Origin: Escherichia phage vB_Ec_Tarrare | Length of the DNA: 40,953 nucleotides | Strand: one strand, 5' to 3' | Sequence record: OQ507919.1 | In this document: piece by piece, positions 28,255 to 37,288 of the stretch | How positions within the stretch are numbered: the first letter of the stretch is position 1 | Layout: the number at the start of each line of letters is the position of its first letter | Translations under genes and position numbers: made by a program | The notes under the pieces: model-generated | Seen by the model: the letters and a program-made list of their open reading frames with translations, nothing else | The model's database searches: none | Told to the model about the DNA's origin: nothing

Positions 28255-31200
28255 GTGGACAAGTACGATAAGAATGTACCAAATGAGTATGATGGTTTAT
28301 TCCAGAAAGCGGCTGACGCTAACGGGGTCTCTTATGACCTACTCAGAAAAGTTGGCTGGACTGAATCTCGATTTAAACCAGACGCTAAATCTAAGACAGG
28401 CCCATTAGGGATGATGCAGTTCACTAAAGCCACTGCTAAAGCAATGGGTCTTAAAGTGACTGGTGGTGCTGACGATGAGCGGCTCAATCCTGAGTTGGCT
28501 ATCAACGCTGCCGCTAAGCACTTGGGACAACTGGTTCAGAAGTTTGATGGTGATGAACTCAAAGCTGCCCTAGCGTATAACCAAGGTGAGGGACGCTTAG
28601 GTATCCCGCAGTTGGAAGCATACGCTCGTGGAGACTTTGCTAAAATCTCCGCTGAGGGACGTAACTATATTCGCAACCTAGCGGATGTAGCTCGCTCGCC
28701 AATGTCTGCTAAACTTGAGGAGTTCGGAGGTATCACTCCTAAAGCTAAAGGTATTCCTGCTGATGTAGCGTTCAAGGGTATCGATAAGAAAGGTTCTGTA
28801 GGTGACACACTTCCAGAATCCACTGGTATGAACTTAGTAGGTAAAGAACAGGAGGCCAAGGCGAAACCATTCGCCAAGGACTTTTGGGAGAAACGAGGAG
28901 AAACAATTAGTGAGTACGAAGACCGTGGAATCTGGAGTGGCTTTGGAGAATCAGTCAAATCAGAAGTACACAACTCAGTCCTTGGAATGGCTGTGCGTAC
29001 TGCTGCTAGTGGTGGTGGTATGGACGTGTTTATGGACTCCATTACACCGACTCGTTGGAACTCTCACGTCTTCTCTGAGGAAGAACTCACTAAGATTCGT
29101 AAGGAAGTTAAGAACCCTGCGTACCTAAACGTTGTAACTGGAGGCTCCACTGAGACTATTGACGATCTAATCAAGTTGGCTAACGAGAACTATGAGGCCG
29201 ACATGAAGGCTGCTGGTTCCGGTGTAGCTGCTCAGTTGACTGCTGGTGTACTCGGTGTTGCGATTGACCCTACCTCTTGGATTCCTGTAGCTGGTGCTGC
29301 TGGTAAAGGTTTCAAGCTGGTCAAGAAGGCTCTTGTGGTTGGAGCCGAGAGTGCGGCTATGAGTGCTGTGTCAGAAGGACTGCGTACATCGTACATTGGT
29401 GGTGAAGCTGATTATCAGAACGCCATGCTTGGAGGTTTCGTGTTTGGTTCCGGTATGTCTGCTCTGAGTGACGCTGTAGGTAATGCCCTGCGTAAACGTG
29501 GAGTAACTGACACTGATATTCCACAGAATGAGTTCTTAGGGCCACTAGCTCGTATGGAGGCTCGTGAGACTGCACTCAACGCCAACTCTCTGGACTTGTC
29601 TAGAATGAAGACTGATACCCTTCAATTCCAAGAAGGTGCTCATGGGGTCAAGTTTGCTGACCATCCTGTAGAGGCTGGCGCTGTGATACTTGAAGACGGT
29701 TCTATCATATCTGCTGGAAACCCGTTGAACCCTAAAGCGTTCAAAGAGTATCAACAACTGGAAGCCAAAGTAACTCCTAAAGCTCGCGCTGGTGTTAACC
29801 TTGGAGGCTTCACTGAGATAGGTCAGACAATCCTACGCTCAGACAATGAGTCCATCCGTAAGATAGGCTCTGACTTAGTGCGTTCCCCTCTCGGTCTGGA
29901 GGATATGTCTGGAGGTAAGTTTGGAGCTACCGCTTCGGACATCCACGAGAGAATCCACTACGTAGACCAAAGGACTTATCGTCAACTTGATGGACTCATG
30001 AAGGAAGCTTTGAAAGACCCTGAGTTTTCTGTAGGTATCTTTAAGACGTCTAGGGAAGGTGCTCAACAGGAGATCTTCAAGCGCGTGGCGTTAGCTATCG
30101 AACGTCCTGAACTACAAACCAACCTGACTAAAGGTGAACTAGACATCCTCAAAGTGGTTAAAGAACACTTCGACTCTAAGCGTGAACTCATGGAGAACCC
30201 TGCGATGTTCGGTAATTCGAAAGCAGTAAGTATCTTCCCTGAGAGTCGTCATAAGGGTACGTATGTTCCTAACGTGTACGATACAACCGCTAAGAATCTA
30301 TCCATCCAACGTATGGGTAGCGCGGAGGCTCTACAGAAGGCTATAGCTGACTCTTGGATTGTGAGTTATCATGCACGTCCAGAAGTCAAAGCGCGTGTCG
30401 ATGAGTCACTTAAGGAAGTCCTAGGTGTCGAGGAAGTTACCTTAGACATGGTGAACAAGTACGCTATGGACAAGGCTTACGGTATCTCCCACTCAGACCA
30501 GTTCCAAGTGTCTTCTGTACTTGAGGAGAACTTGGGTATTACGAACGCTGGTCTAGAAGGTATAGAGAATAACTCGTTCTTGGAAGCTCGTAATTTGTTC
30601 GACTCGGACATGCCTATCACTCTACCCGATGGTACAACCTTTGCGGTTAATGACTTGCGTAGCTTTGACATGTTCAAGATTATGCCAGCGTATGACCGTA
30701 GGATTAACGGTGATATTGCCATCATGGGAGGAACAGGTAAGACCACTAAGGAGTTGAAGGACGAGATTAACATGTTACGCCAACAAGCCAAAGGTAACGG
30801 TAAGTTGGAGAAAGAGGCTAACGCCTTAGGTGATGTAGTGAAGATGCTAACTGGTCGAGCACGTAGAGGCGCTGACAATCAGTTAGAGATTATGGCACGT
30901 AGTCTGAGTGACCTATCATTTGCCACGAAGAACGCCTACATGGGCTTAATGAATCTTTCAGAAGTTGCTTCAATGATTGCTAAAGGAAACCTGCGAGGAG
31001 TCATGGCGAACATTCCATATGTACGCGATATGGCTTACCGTAAACACCCTTTGGCTCCTGAGGAACTCCGTGAGATTAGCTCATCATTCTTTGGTGTAGA
31101 GATTGACCAGACTCTTCGTCCTAGCCGTGCTGACATTATTCAGCGCATTAGGGAAACTACTAGTTCTCAAGGGATTACTGCTGACATCTTGGGAACCGTC

Positions 31201-32229
31201 AAGTACGGTACTCAGGAGATAGCTGCTCGTTCCCCGTTCACTAAGTTACTTAACGCTACCTCTAACGTTATCGTCGATACTGCTCGTCAAGGGTTCTTAG
31301 GTAACATCGTTGAGTCTGCCCTTATGGGTAAGAAGTCCAAGTGGGGCGCTGAGCCTTTCCTTAAAGCTGCTTCGGTAACTCCTGAACAGTGGGAAGGTAT
31401 TCAGAGACTCATTCGTGACCACATGGAGTTGGGTACTGACGGGAAGTACCATATGCGAGACCAGAAGGCGTTTGCCTCAGACCCACGCAGTATGGACTTA
31501 TGGCGACTGGCTGACAGAATGGCAGACGAGACAATCCTGCGTCCTCACAAGGTATCCTTACAGGACACTAGTGCGTATGGTGCGTTAGTCAAGCTTGCTG
31601 CGCAGTTCAAAGCGTTCTCCATCAAGTCACTTAACTCTCGTCTGATAAGGGCTTATTACGATGCAACCAAGAATAACCGAGCGATTGATTCGGCTATGGT
31701 ATTGGCTGTAAGTAGTGGTTTGGGTCTAGGGATGACAGTACTGACCTCTCAGTTGAAGGCTTTAGGTCTACCTGAGAATGAGCGTAAGGAGTACTTGGAG
31801 GGTATCATGAACCCTACTATGCTGACATATGCTTCACTGGCTCGTAGCTCTCATACTGGTTCTGCGTTTGCATTGGCTGACATGCTAGGTGCTCCGTTCG
31901 GTTATAGCATGATGAAGGACTTGCGTACATCCATCGTACCACGTCCAGAAGCCGAGAAGGATACCTCAAAGGTTCCTACTCCAAAGTCTATGGCTGATAC
32001 CATCATGGGTAACTTAGGACAACAGATTCCGGCGTTAGGATTCGTTGGTGCTGTAGGTGCTACTGGCGTAGGTATCAACAAGTACCTAACGGCTGACACT
32101 AGCGCTCAACGTCAAGAGTCTCTTACTGGAATGTGGGGTGCTATGAGGAACTTAGTACCTAACGATCCGATCACTCAACAGCTACTTCTGAACATCTACG
32201 AATCTCAAGGGATCGACGTAAGGAAGTAA
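28255..32229 (+). CDS. 16: internal virion protein D with N-terminal lytic transglycosylase domain (gp16)
   Basis: 1324 aa with a GTG start after SD aggagg; MDKYDKNVPNEYDGLFQKAADANGVSYDLLRKVGWTESRF...GPLGMMQFT is the SLT-type motif; collinear with T7 gp16. Confidence 0.95.
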   Translation: MDKYDKNVPNEYDGLFQKAADANGVSYDLLRKVGWTESRFKPDAKSKTGPLGMMQFTKATAKAMGLKVTGGADDERLNPELAINAAAKHLGQLVQKFDGDELKAALAYNQGEGRLGIPQLEAYARGDFAKISAEGRNYIRNLADVARSPMSAKLEEFGGITPKAKGIPADVAFKGIDKKGSVGDTLPESTGMNLVGKEQEAKAKPFAKDFWEKRGETISEYEDRGIWSGFGESVKSEVHNSVLGMAVRTAASGGGMDVFMDSITPTRWNSHVFSEEELTKIRKEVKNPAYLNVVTGGSTETIDDLIKLANENYEADMKAAGSGVAAQLTAGVLGVAIDPTSWIPVAGAAGKGFKLVKKALVVGAESAAMSAVSEGLRTSYIGGEADYQNAMLGGFVFGSGMSALSDAVGNALRKRGVTDTDIPQNEFLGPLARMEARETALNANSLDLSRMKTDTLQFQEGAHGVKFADHPVEAGAVILEDGSIISAGNPLNPKAFKEYQQLEAKVTPKARAGVNLGGFTEIGQTILRSDNESIRKIGSDLVRSPLGLEDMSGGKFGATASDIHERIHYVDQRTYRQLDGLMKEALKDPEFSVGIFKTSREGAQQEIFKRVALAIERPELQTNLTKGELDILKVVKEHFDSKRELMENPAMFGNSKAVSIFPESRHKGTYVPNVYDTTAKNLSIQRMGSAEALQKAIADSWIVSYHARPEVKARVDESLKEVLGVEEVTLDMVNKYAMDKAYGISHSDQFQVSSVLEENLGITNAGLEGIENNSFLEARNLFDSDMPITLPDGTTFAVNDLRSFDMFKIMPAYDRRINGDIAIMGGTGKTTKELKDEINMLRQQAKGNGKLEKEANALGDVVKMLTGRARRGADNQLEIMARSLSDLSFATKNAYMGLMNLSEVASMIAKGNLRGVMANIPYVRDMAYRKHPLAPEELREISSSFFGVEIDQTLRPSRADIIQRIRETTSSQGITADILGTVKYGTQEIAARSPFTKLLNATSNVIVDTARQGFLGNIVESALMGKKSKWGAEPFLKAASVTPEQWEGIQRLIRDHMELGTDGKYHMRDQKAFASDPRSMDLWRLADRMADETILRPHKVSLQDTSAYGALVKLAAQFKAFSIKSLNSRLIRAYYDATKNNRAIDSAMVLAVSSGLGLGMTVLTSQLKALGLPENERKEYLEGIMNPTMLTYASLARSSHTGSAFALADMLGAPFGYSMMKDLRTSIVPRPEAEKDTSKVPTPKSMADTIMGNLGQQIPALGFVGAVGATGVGINKYLTADTSAQRQESLTGMWGAMRNLVPNDPITQQLLLNIYESQGIDVRK

Positions 32230-32249
32230 TACGACTCACTATTGGGAGA
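32227..32249 (+). promoter_or_regulatory. phage RNAP promoter (phi17)
   Basis: taatacgactcactattgggaga, overlapping the gene 16 stop. Confidence 0.9.
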
Positions 32250-32303
32250 GGAGGTCTAACCACTTCCCTCCCGATTCTTTAAGATTAACTTTAAGGAGGT
32301 CAA

Positions 32304-34229
32304 ATGGCTAACGTAATCAAGACCGTTTTGACTTATCAGCTAAATGGTACTACTCGTGATTTTAATATTCCGTTTGAGTATCTGGCTCGTAAGTTTGTTG
32401 TGGTCACACTGTTAGGTAAAGACCGTAAGGTACTTACTCTGAATACTGATTATCGATTTGCAACTCGTACTACCATCTCCACCACTAAGGCTTGGGGACA
32501 GGCAGATGGTTACACTCACATTGAGTTACGCCGAAACACCTCAGCGACTGAACGCTTGGTGGACTTTACTGACGGTTCGATTCTACGCGCGTATGACCTG
32601 AACGTTGCTCAGATTCAGACTATGCATATTGCAGAAGAAGCTCGTGACCTTACTGCTGATACTATCGGTGTCAACAACAATGGGGACTTAGATGCTCGAA
32701 ACCGTAAGATTGTAAACTTGGCAGACGCGGTTAACCCTCGTGATGCTGTCCCTCTAGGTCAGATTCAGGGGATAAACCAGAATGCTTGGCAAGCACGAAA
32801 TGAGGCTCAACAGTTCAGAAACCAAGCTGAGACCTTTAAGAACCAAGCCCAAGGTTTCCGTAACGAAGCAGAAGCGTTCCGAAACACTACTAACCAGAAC
32901 GCACAGACTACTACAGCCGATCGTGCAGCCGCTCTACAGTCAAAGGAAGAAGCTGAGCGCGCTCGTGCTGCTGCCCAACAGTCACAACAACAGGCTGCTG
33001 CATCTCAGACAGCCGCAAGTAACTCAGCCGCTGAGGCTAAGCGTGAAGCAGATCGCTCCAAAACAGAGGCTGATAGGGCTAAAGTAGAGGCCGATAAGTT
33101 AGGAAACTGGAACCAACTTGCAGGTACTGTGGATAACGTGACTGGTACTAGCGTGACCTTTAAGGACAAGGTAGGTGCTCTAGGTGGGTTCGTATCGGCT
33201 ACTCCTGATGGATACCGATTGAAGTACACTAACTTCTCTACGATTCTACGTCAAGACGCTAATGCGTTCTACATACTGACTACCAATAAGGGAGATGTTA
33301 ACGGGCCATTCAACTCGCTACGTCCTATGTACATTGACAACGCATCGGGATGGGTGACGTTTGGTAACGGTGCGGGTGTTAATGGTAGACTCACTACGAC
33401 AGAGGGTGTTGCGGTTCCTAACTCTAAGATGTACTTCAACAAGAGCCTGATTCAGTTGGAGAGCCAGAACTTCACAGACAGGGCGGTGAACATGCGAGTT
33501 TGGGGTAACGCCTCAGGTCGTAATAACGTGTGTGAATGGGGCGATGCTCACGGTTGGCTGATGTATGTACAGCGTAGGGATTGGAATGCTAACGCTGGGT
33601 CAAACATCCAGTTAAGTGTTAACGGACAGGTGGTGGCTAATAACATTATATCCACTGGAGGGGCTTACTTCCAGAATGGACATGCTGTAACGCTGGAATC
33701 TGCGTCCAATATGGCACACTACATCATCTCTAAGGATGGCGGCAGGAACAACTGGTACGTTGGTCGTGGGACTAATGGCAACAATGACGTCGCTCTCCAC
33801 TCTTATGTACACGGAACTACTCTTTCTCTACGCCAGAACTATGCGCAGGTCAACAAGCACTTCTATGTAGGCTCCGCTGTAGTAGCAACTGATGGTAACG
33901 TTCAGGGTACTAAATGGGGCGGTAAGTGGCTTGATGTGTTCCTGAATGATACATACATTAAGAAGACCAAAGCTTGGACTCAGGTATGGTCTGGAAGTGC
34001 TGGTGGTGGTGTCAGTGTGACCGTATCCCAAGACTTGCGATTCCGTAATATCTGGATTAAGTGCGCCAACAACTCTTGGAACCACTTCCGTACAGGCCCT
34101 GATGGTATTTACTTCATTGCGTCTGATGGTGGCTGGTTGCGATTCCAGATTCACTCCAACGGTAGAGGCTTCAAGAACATTGCAGACAGTCGCTCTGTTC
34201 CTCAGGCTATCATGGTGGAGAACGAATAA
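32304..34229 (+). CDS. 17: tail fibre protein
   Basis: 641 aa; N-terminal tail-attachment domain (MANVIKTVLTYQLNGTTRDFNIPFEYLARKFVVVTL) and C-terminal tip (...WIKCANNSWNHFRTGPDGIYFIASDGGWLRFQIHSNGRGFKNIADSRSVPQAIMVENE) match T7 gp17; the central part differs and is longer. Confidence 0.95.
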   Translation: MANVIKTVLTYQLNGTTRDFNIPFEYLARKFVVVTLLGKDRKVLTLNTDYRFATRTTISTTKAWGQADGYTHIELRRNTSATERLVDFTDGSILRAYDLNVAQIQTMHIAEEARDLTADTIGVNNNGDLDARNRKIVNLADAVNPRDAVPLGQIQGINQNAWQARNEAQQFRNQAETFKNQAQGFRNEAEAFRNTTNQNAQTTTADRAAALQSKEEAERARAAAQQSQQQAAASQTAASNSAAEAKREADRSKTEADRAKVEADKLGNWNQLAGTVDNVTGTSVTFKDKVGALGGFVSATPDGYRLKYTNFSTILRQDANAFYILTTNKGDVNGPFNSLRPMYIDNASGWVTFGNGAGVNGRLTTTEGVAVPNSKMYFNKSLIQLESQNFTDRAVNMRVWGNASGRNNVCEWGDAHGWLMYVQRRDWNANAGSNIQLSVNGQVVANNIISTGGAYFQNGHAVTLESASNMAHYIISKDGGRNNWYVGRGTNGNNDVALHSYVHGTTLSLRQNYAQVNKHFYVGSAVVATDGNVQGTKWGGKWLDVFLNDTYIKKTKAWTQVWSGSAGGGVSVTVSQDLRFRNIWIKCANNSWNHFRTGPDGIYFIASDGGWLRFQIHSNGRGFKNIADSRSVPQAIMVENE

Positions 34230-34286
34230 TAACTTAACACTCAAGGAAAGACGTGTAGTCCACGGATGGACTCTCAAGGAGGTATC

Positions 34287-34499
34287 ATGCTATCTTTAGA
34301 CTTCAACAACGAACTCGTCAAGGCCGCTCCTATTGTGGGGACTGGTGTTGCCGATGTGACAACCAGATTGTTCTTTGGGCTGTCACTTAATGAGTGGTTC
34401 TACGTAGCCGCTATCGCCTACACAGTGGTTCAAATTGGTGCCAAGGTAGTCGATAAGATTATTGATTGGAAGAAGGCAACGAAGGAGATTGGAGAATGA
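34287..34499 (+). CDS. 17.5: holin (class II, gene 17.5)
   Basis: 70 aa from the ATG at 34287 (SD aaggagg); MLSLDFNNELVKAAPIVGTGVADVTTRLFFGLSLNEWFYVAAIAYTVVQIGAKVV matches T7 gp17.5. Confidence 0.9.
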   Translation: MLSLDFNNELVKAAPIVGTGVADVTTRLFFGLSLNEWFYVAAIAYTVVQIGAKVVDKIIDWKKATKEIGE

Positions 34500-34762
34500 G
34501 TGACAAGTCTTTAATCAAATTCCTAGAAATGTTGGATACAGAGATGGCTCAGCGAATGCTCATGGATTTACAGAATGACGAGCGCCGGACACCTCAACTG
34601 TACAACGCTATAGGTAAACTACTGGAACGCCATAAGTTCCAAATAGGTAAACTGACTCCTGATGAGAACATCTTGGGCGGTCTTGCTGCTGGTCTTGAAG
34701 ACTACAATAAGACGGTCGGAAAGGATGGCCTGATGGATGACGATATTTACACATTGCAGTGA
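34496..34762 (+). CDS. 18: terminase small subunit (DNA maturase A)
   Basis: 88 aa from the ATG at 34496, MSDKSLIKFLEMLDTEMAQRM...DDDIYTLQ; matches T7 gp18. Confidence 0.9.
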   Translation: MSDKSLIKFLEMLDTEMAQRMLMDLQNDERRTPQLYNAIGKLLERHKFQIGKLTPDENILGGLAAGLEDYNKTVGKDGLMDDDIYTLQ

Positions 34763-34764
34763 TA

Positions 34765-34799
34765 TACTCAAGGCCACTACAGCCAGTGGTCTTTATGGA
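34765..34799 (+). promoter_or_regulatory. RNase III-type hairpin (R18.5-like)
   Basis: tactcaaggccactacagccagtggtctttatgga. Confidence 0.5.
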
Positions 34800-34857
34800 T
34801 GTCATTGTCTACGCGATGGTGCATCTACGCGAAATCTGAGAAATGATGGGAGGATTT

Positions 34858-35298
34858 ATGTTACGGTTTTTACGTAGGCTCATCCCTTGGGTTGTCGCTG
34901 GGGCGCTATTCGGGTATGGATGGCACCTTGGGGCTGACTCTATGGATGCCAAATGGAAACAGGAGGTATACAATGAATACGTTAAGAAAACGGAAGCTAG
35001 AGCAACTACTCAGAAAGAGGTCGATGCGATTAGCAAGCGCTACCAAGAGGAGATTGCCTCTCTGGAGGGCAGCACTGATAGGATGCTTGATGACTTGCGT
35101 AACGATAATAAGCGGTTGCGCGTCAGAGTCAAGAATCTTAGTGCCACCTCAGGAGGTCTCTGTGGACGCGAGTCTGATGGTAGAGCCGAACTTGACGAGC
35201 GAGATGCTAAGCGTATTCTCGCAGTGACCCAAAAGGGAGACGCTTGGATTAAAGCTCTCCAAGACACCATACGTAAATTACAACAGAAGGAGAATTAA
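34858..35298 (+). CDS. 18.5: Rz-like i-spanin (inner-membrane spanin component)
   Basis: 146 aa from the ATG at 34858 (SD gggagg); N-terminal transmembrane helix LIPWVVAGALFGYGW and periplasmic coiled coil; matches T7 gp18.5. Confidence 0.9.
   Translation: MLRFLRRLIPWVVAGALFGYGWHLGADSMDAKWKQEVYNEYVKKTEARATTQKEVDAISKRYQEEIASLEGSTDRMLDDLRNDNKRLRVRVKNLSATSGGLCGRESDGRAELDERDAKRILAVTQKGDAWIKALQDTIRKLQQKEN
34973..35227 (+). CDS. 18.7: Rz1-like o-spanin lipoprotein, embedded in the +1 frame of 18.5
   Basis: 84 aa from the ATG at 34973 (SD aggagg); lipobox TIISGC and Pro-rich mature part; matches T7 gp18.7. Confidence 0.8.
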   Translation: MNTLRKRKLEQLLRKRSMRLASATKRRLPLWRAALIGCLMTCVTIISGCASESRILVPPQEVSVDASLMVEPNLTSEMLSVFSQ

Positions 35299-35299
35299 T

Positions 35300-36139
35300 A
35301 TGGCCCTACACGAAGTCAACCTGTGGAATTTCAATTCCCGCACACATTCGTCTCTCGACGTTGGAGCGCCTTACGGTGGCCTCTACTCTGGACGCATAGA
35401 CTTACCTGAAAGTTACCGAAAGTCTAAGATGTTCAAGGTTAGAGTTTCTGGAACACACGCTCTAGAGACCTACGCTAGCTATTCTGCTATGCTTACAGGA
35501 ATCGGAGGAACGTCGGTGTCAAACCTAAATGGTAGAGAAGCGATCATTGAGTTTAACACATCGTCCTCAACAAACGGGTTGCGAGGCATCTACTCCGTAG
35601 AGGGCGTGTTTGTTAGGGATTGGCATCCAGACGAAGCGTTGACAAAAGGTGCCGCCGAGATGTTCATAAAGCCGCATGGTGTAGACGAGTACGTTTGGAC
35701 TGGTTCTCAGTCTGTAGGTAACGGCTCAGAGTTAAACCTATTGTCCCTAAACGGGTTCTCTACCGATGTTGCCACTGGAGCCACTACCATTAACGCTGCG
35801 TCTCTTGTGGTGCTTCCTGCGGAGGTGAAGAGTAGAGGGCTGATCATTTCTGTAATCCTAGATGGCACTTATGACCAACAAGGGCCACATGAGATGAAGG
35901 TTCAGATACGAAGCGCTGATGGTAAGACGTTGCAACAATCTAGCCCATTGTATGTTCTGGACAAGAACGTCAAGAAGCTTACCGCAACATTTGCAGACTA
36001 CACCCTTGGTGTGTATGACGAAAGTAGTACCACTGGATTTAAGCTTGTATTTATCAATGATAGTACATCCAATATGTCACTGACTGGTGTACGAATCGTT
36101 GTTCAAAATATCTCTAATCCAGACTTCACACGTTCTTAA
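35300..36139 (+). CDS. hypothetical protein, no T7 counterpart (first gene of a two-gene late-region insertion)
   Basis: 279 aa ORF; SD aaggag 7 nt upstream of the ATG, which sits 1 nt after the Rz stop. Rich in S/T/G/N/V and apparently beta-rich; no signal peptide, transmembrane helix or catalytic motif recognised by eye. Confidence 0.8.
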   Translation: MALHEVNLWNFNSRTHSSLDVGAPYGGLYSGRIDLPESYRKSKMFKVRVSGTHALETYASYSAMLTGIGGTSVSNLNGREAIIEFNTSSSTNGLRGIYSVEGVFVRDWHPDEALTKGAAEMFIKPHGVDEYVWTGSQSVGNGSELNLLSLNGFSTDVATGATTINAASLVVLPAEVKSRGLIISVILDGTYDQQGPHEMKVQIRSADGKTLQQSSPLYVLDKNVKKLTATFADYTLGVYDESSTTGFKLVFINDSTSNMSLTGVRIVVQNISNPDFTRS

Positions 36140-36154
36140 AGAAGGAGAGTTAAA

Positions 36155-37267
36155 ATGTTAGTTACTCGAACGGCAACTTACACCGATTGGATATTCATGG
36201 CTGCTCACGCAAACGAGAGGGTCGATGACATTGGTCAAGGTCTCTTAGAGGGTCATATTTATTTCCGTTATGCCTATGACATGCTGAACGATGGTGACGA
36301 GGTAGTACGAGAGGTATCACATGTACATCTTAGCGATGGGTCAACATACCCTCTAGGAGAAGGAGTGTCCTCCGAAAAGATAGACATCACGTACCACGGT
36401 CTCACTAGTGATGGTAGCGTATACCTTGAGGTTAATGGACATAAGGGAATTGGTGTTAGTAGCATTACTCGTACCCTGACCATTCAATATGACGATGGGA
36501 AGGTTCCTGTTCTGGACACTGACCAACTCAAAGGGATTCTTTCAGAACTTCATGACAGCCTTGAGGCTAGTATGATTAATACCGCAAACGCTGTCAAAGA
36601 GGAACTGCGAGACGAGTTGGAAACCAAGGTGCTGGACGCCAAGGAGTCCTGCAACGAGGCTACCGAGGCTGTTAACACCGAGTTGACCGCCAAGATCGCA
36701 AATGAGAGTGGTCGCATTGATAGCCTAACGAGTACCCTTGTGACTGTTCAGGGTAACTTGGATACTACCATGAAGCGCGTTGGTAAAATCTCTCCCAATA
36801 TGGGTAAGTGGTCTTTCGGTCGATACACCATCAACTCGAAGCAGACCAACAACTTACTGGCTGCTGCGCCTACAGCGTTGGCGCCGGAAGGGTCTATCTT
36901 CACATATGATGATACCAACAAGGTCTTTAAGATGTCTGGAGGTGCTGCCCCAACAGACAGGATTCTGCGGGTTACGTTCACTACAGGGATTGACACGTTG
37001 AGTGCTGACTACCGAGGATACTTATCGTTCATGCTGCGAAACTCCAGTGGTGGAGTCTTGGCTAGCGACATGAGGTTCCTAAACATGGATGCTGGTCTTA
37101 CCCAACAACTGAGCGCCATACAGTTCAGCCTTGAGCTATACTTAGAGGCGTCTAAAGGTCATCCAGTATACAACTCAGGTATCCAGTTAGCTTTCCACAA
37201 CAGTGCTAACACGGCTCTTGCCATACTGTCCGGTGGTGTTGCAAGCTTCACCTTACTGACAGCTTAA
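36155..37267 (+). CDS. hypothetical protein with central coiled-coil segment, no T7 counterpart (second gene of the insertion)
   Basis: 370 aa ORF; SD aaggag 8 nt upstream. Residues ~121-210 (DTDQLKGILSELHDSLEASMINTANAVKEELRDELETKVLDAKESCNEATEAVNTELTAKIANESGRIDSLTSTL) look alpha-helical with a heptad-like pattern, flanked by beta-rich N- and C-terminal regions. Confidence 0.8.
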   Translation: MLVTRTATYTDWIFMAAHANERVDDIGQGLLEGHIYFRYAYDMLNDGDEVVREVSHVHLSDGSTYPLGEGVSSEKIDITYHGLTSDGSVYLEVNGHKGIGVSSITRTLTIQYDDGKVPVLDTDQLKGILSELHDSLEASMINTANAVKEELRDELETKVLDAKESCNEATEAVNTELTAKIANESGRIDSLTSTLVTVQGNLDTTMKRVGKISPNMGKWSFGRYTINSKQTNNLLAAAPTALAPEGSIFTYDDTNKVFKMSGGAAPTDRILRVTFTTGIDTLSADYRGYLSFMLRNSSGGVLASDMRFLNMDAGLTQQLSAIQFSLELYLEASKGHPVYNSGIQLAFHNSANTALAILSGGVASFTLLTA

Positions 37268-37288
37268 TTTAAATAAAGGAGGGACGCT

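Noticed and set aside
32782-33087. 101-aa alternative-frame ORF inside the tail fibre gene (and similar ones such as 34892-34972 upstream of Rz1, 15214-15450, 25709-25936)
   Set aside because: These are embedded in confidently assigned genes in a different frame, with no SD and low-complexity translations. The only overlapping frame accepted is Rz1 (34973-35227), which has an SD and a lipobox.
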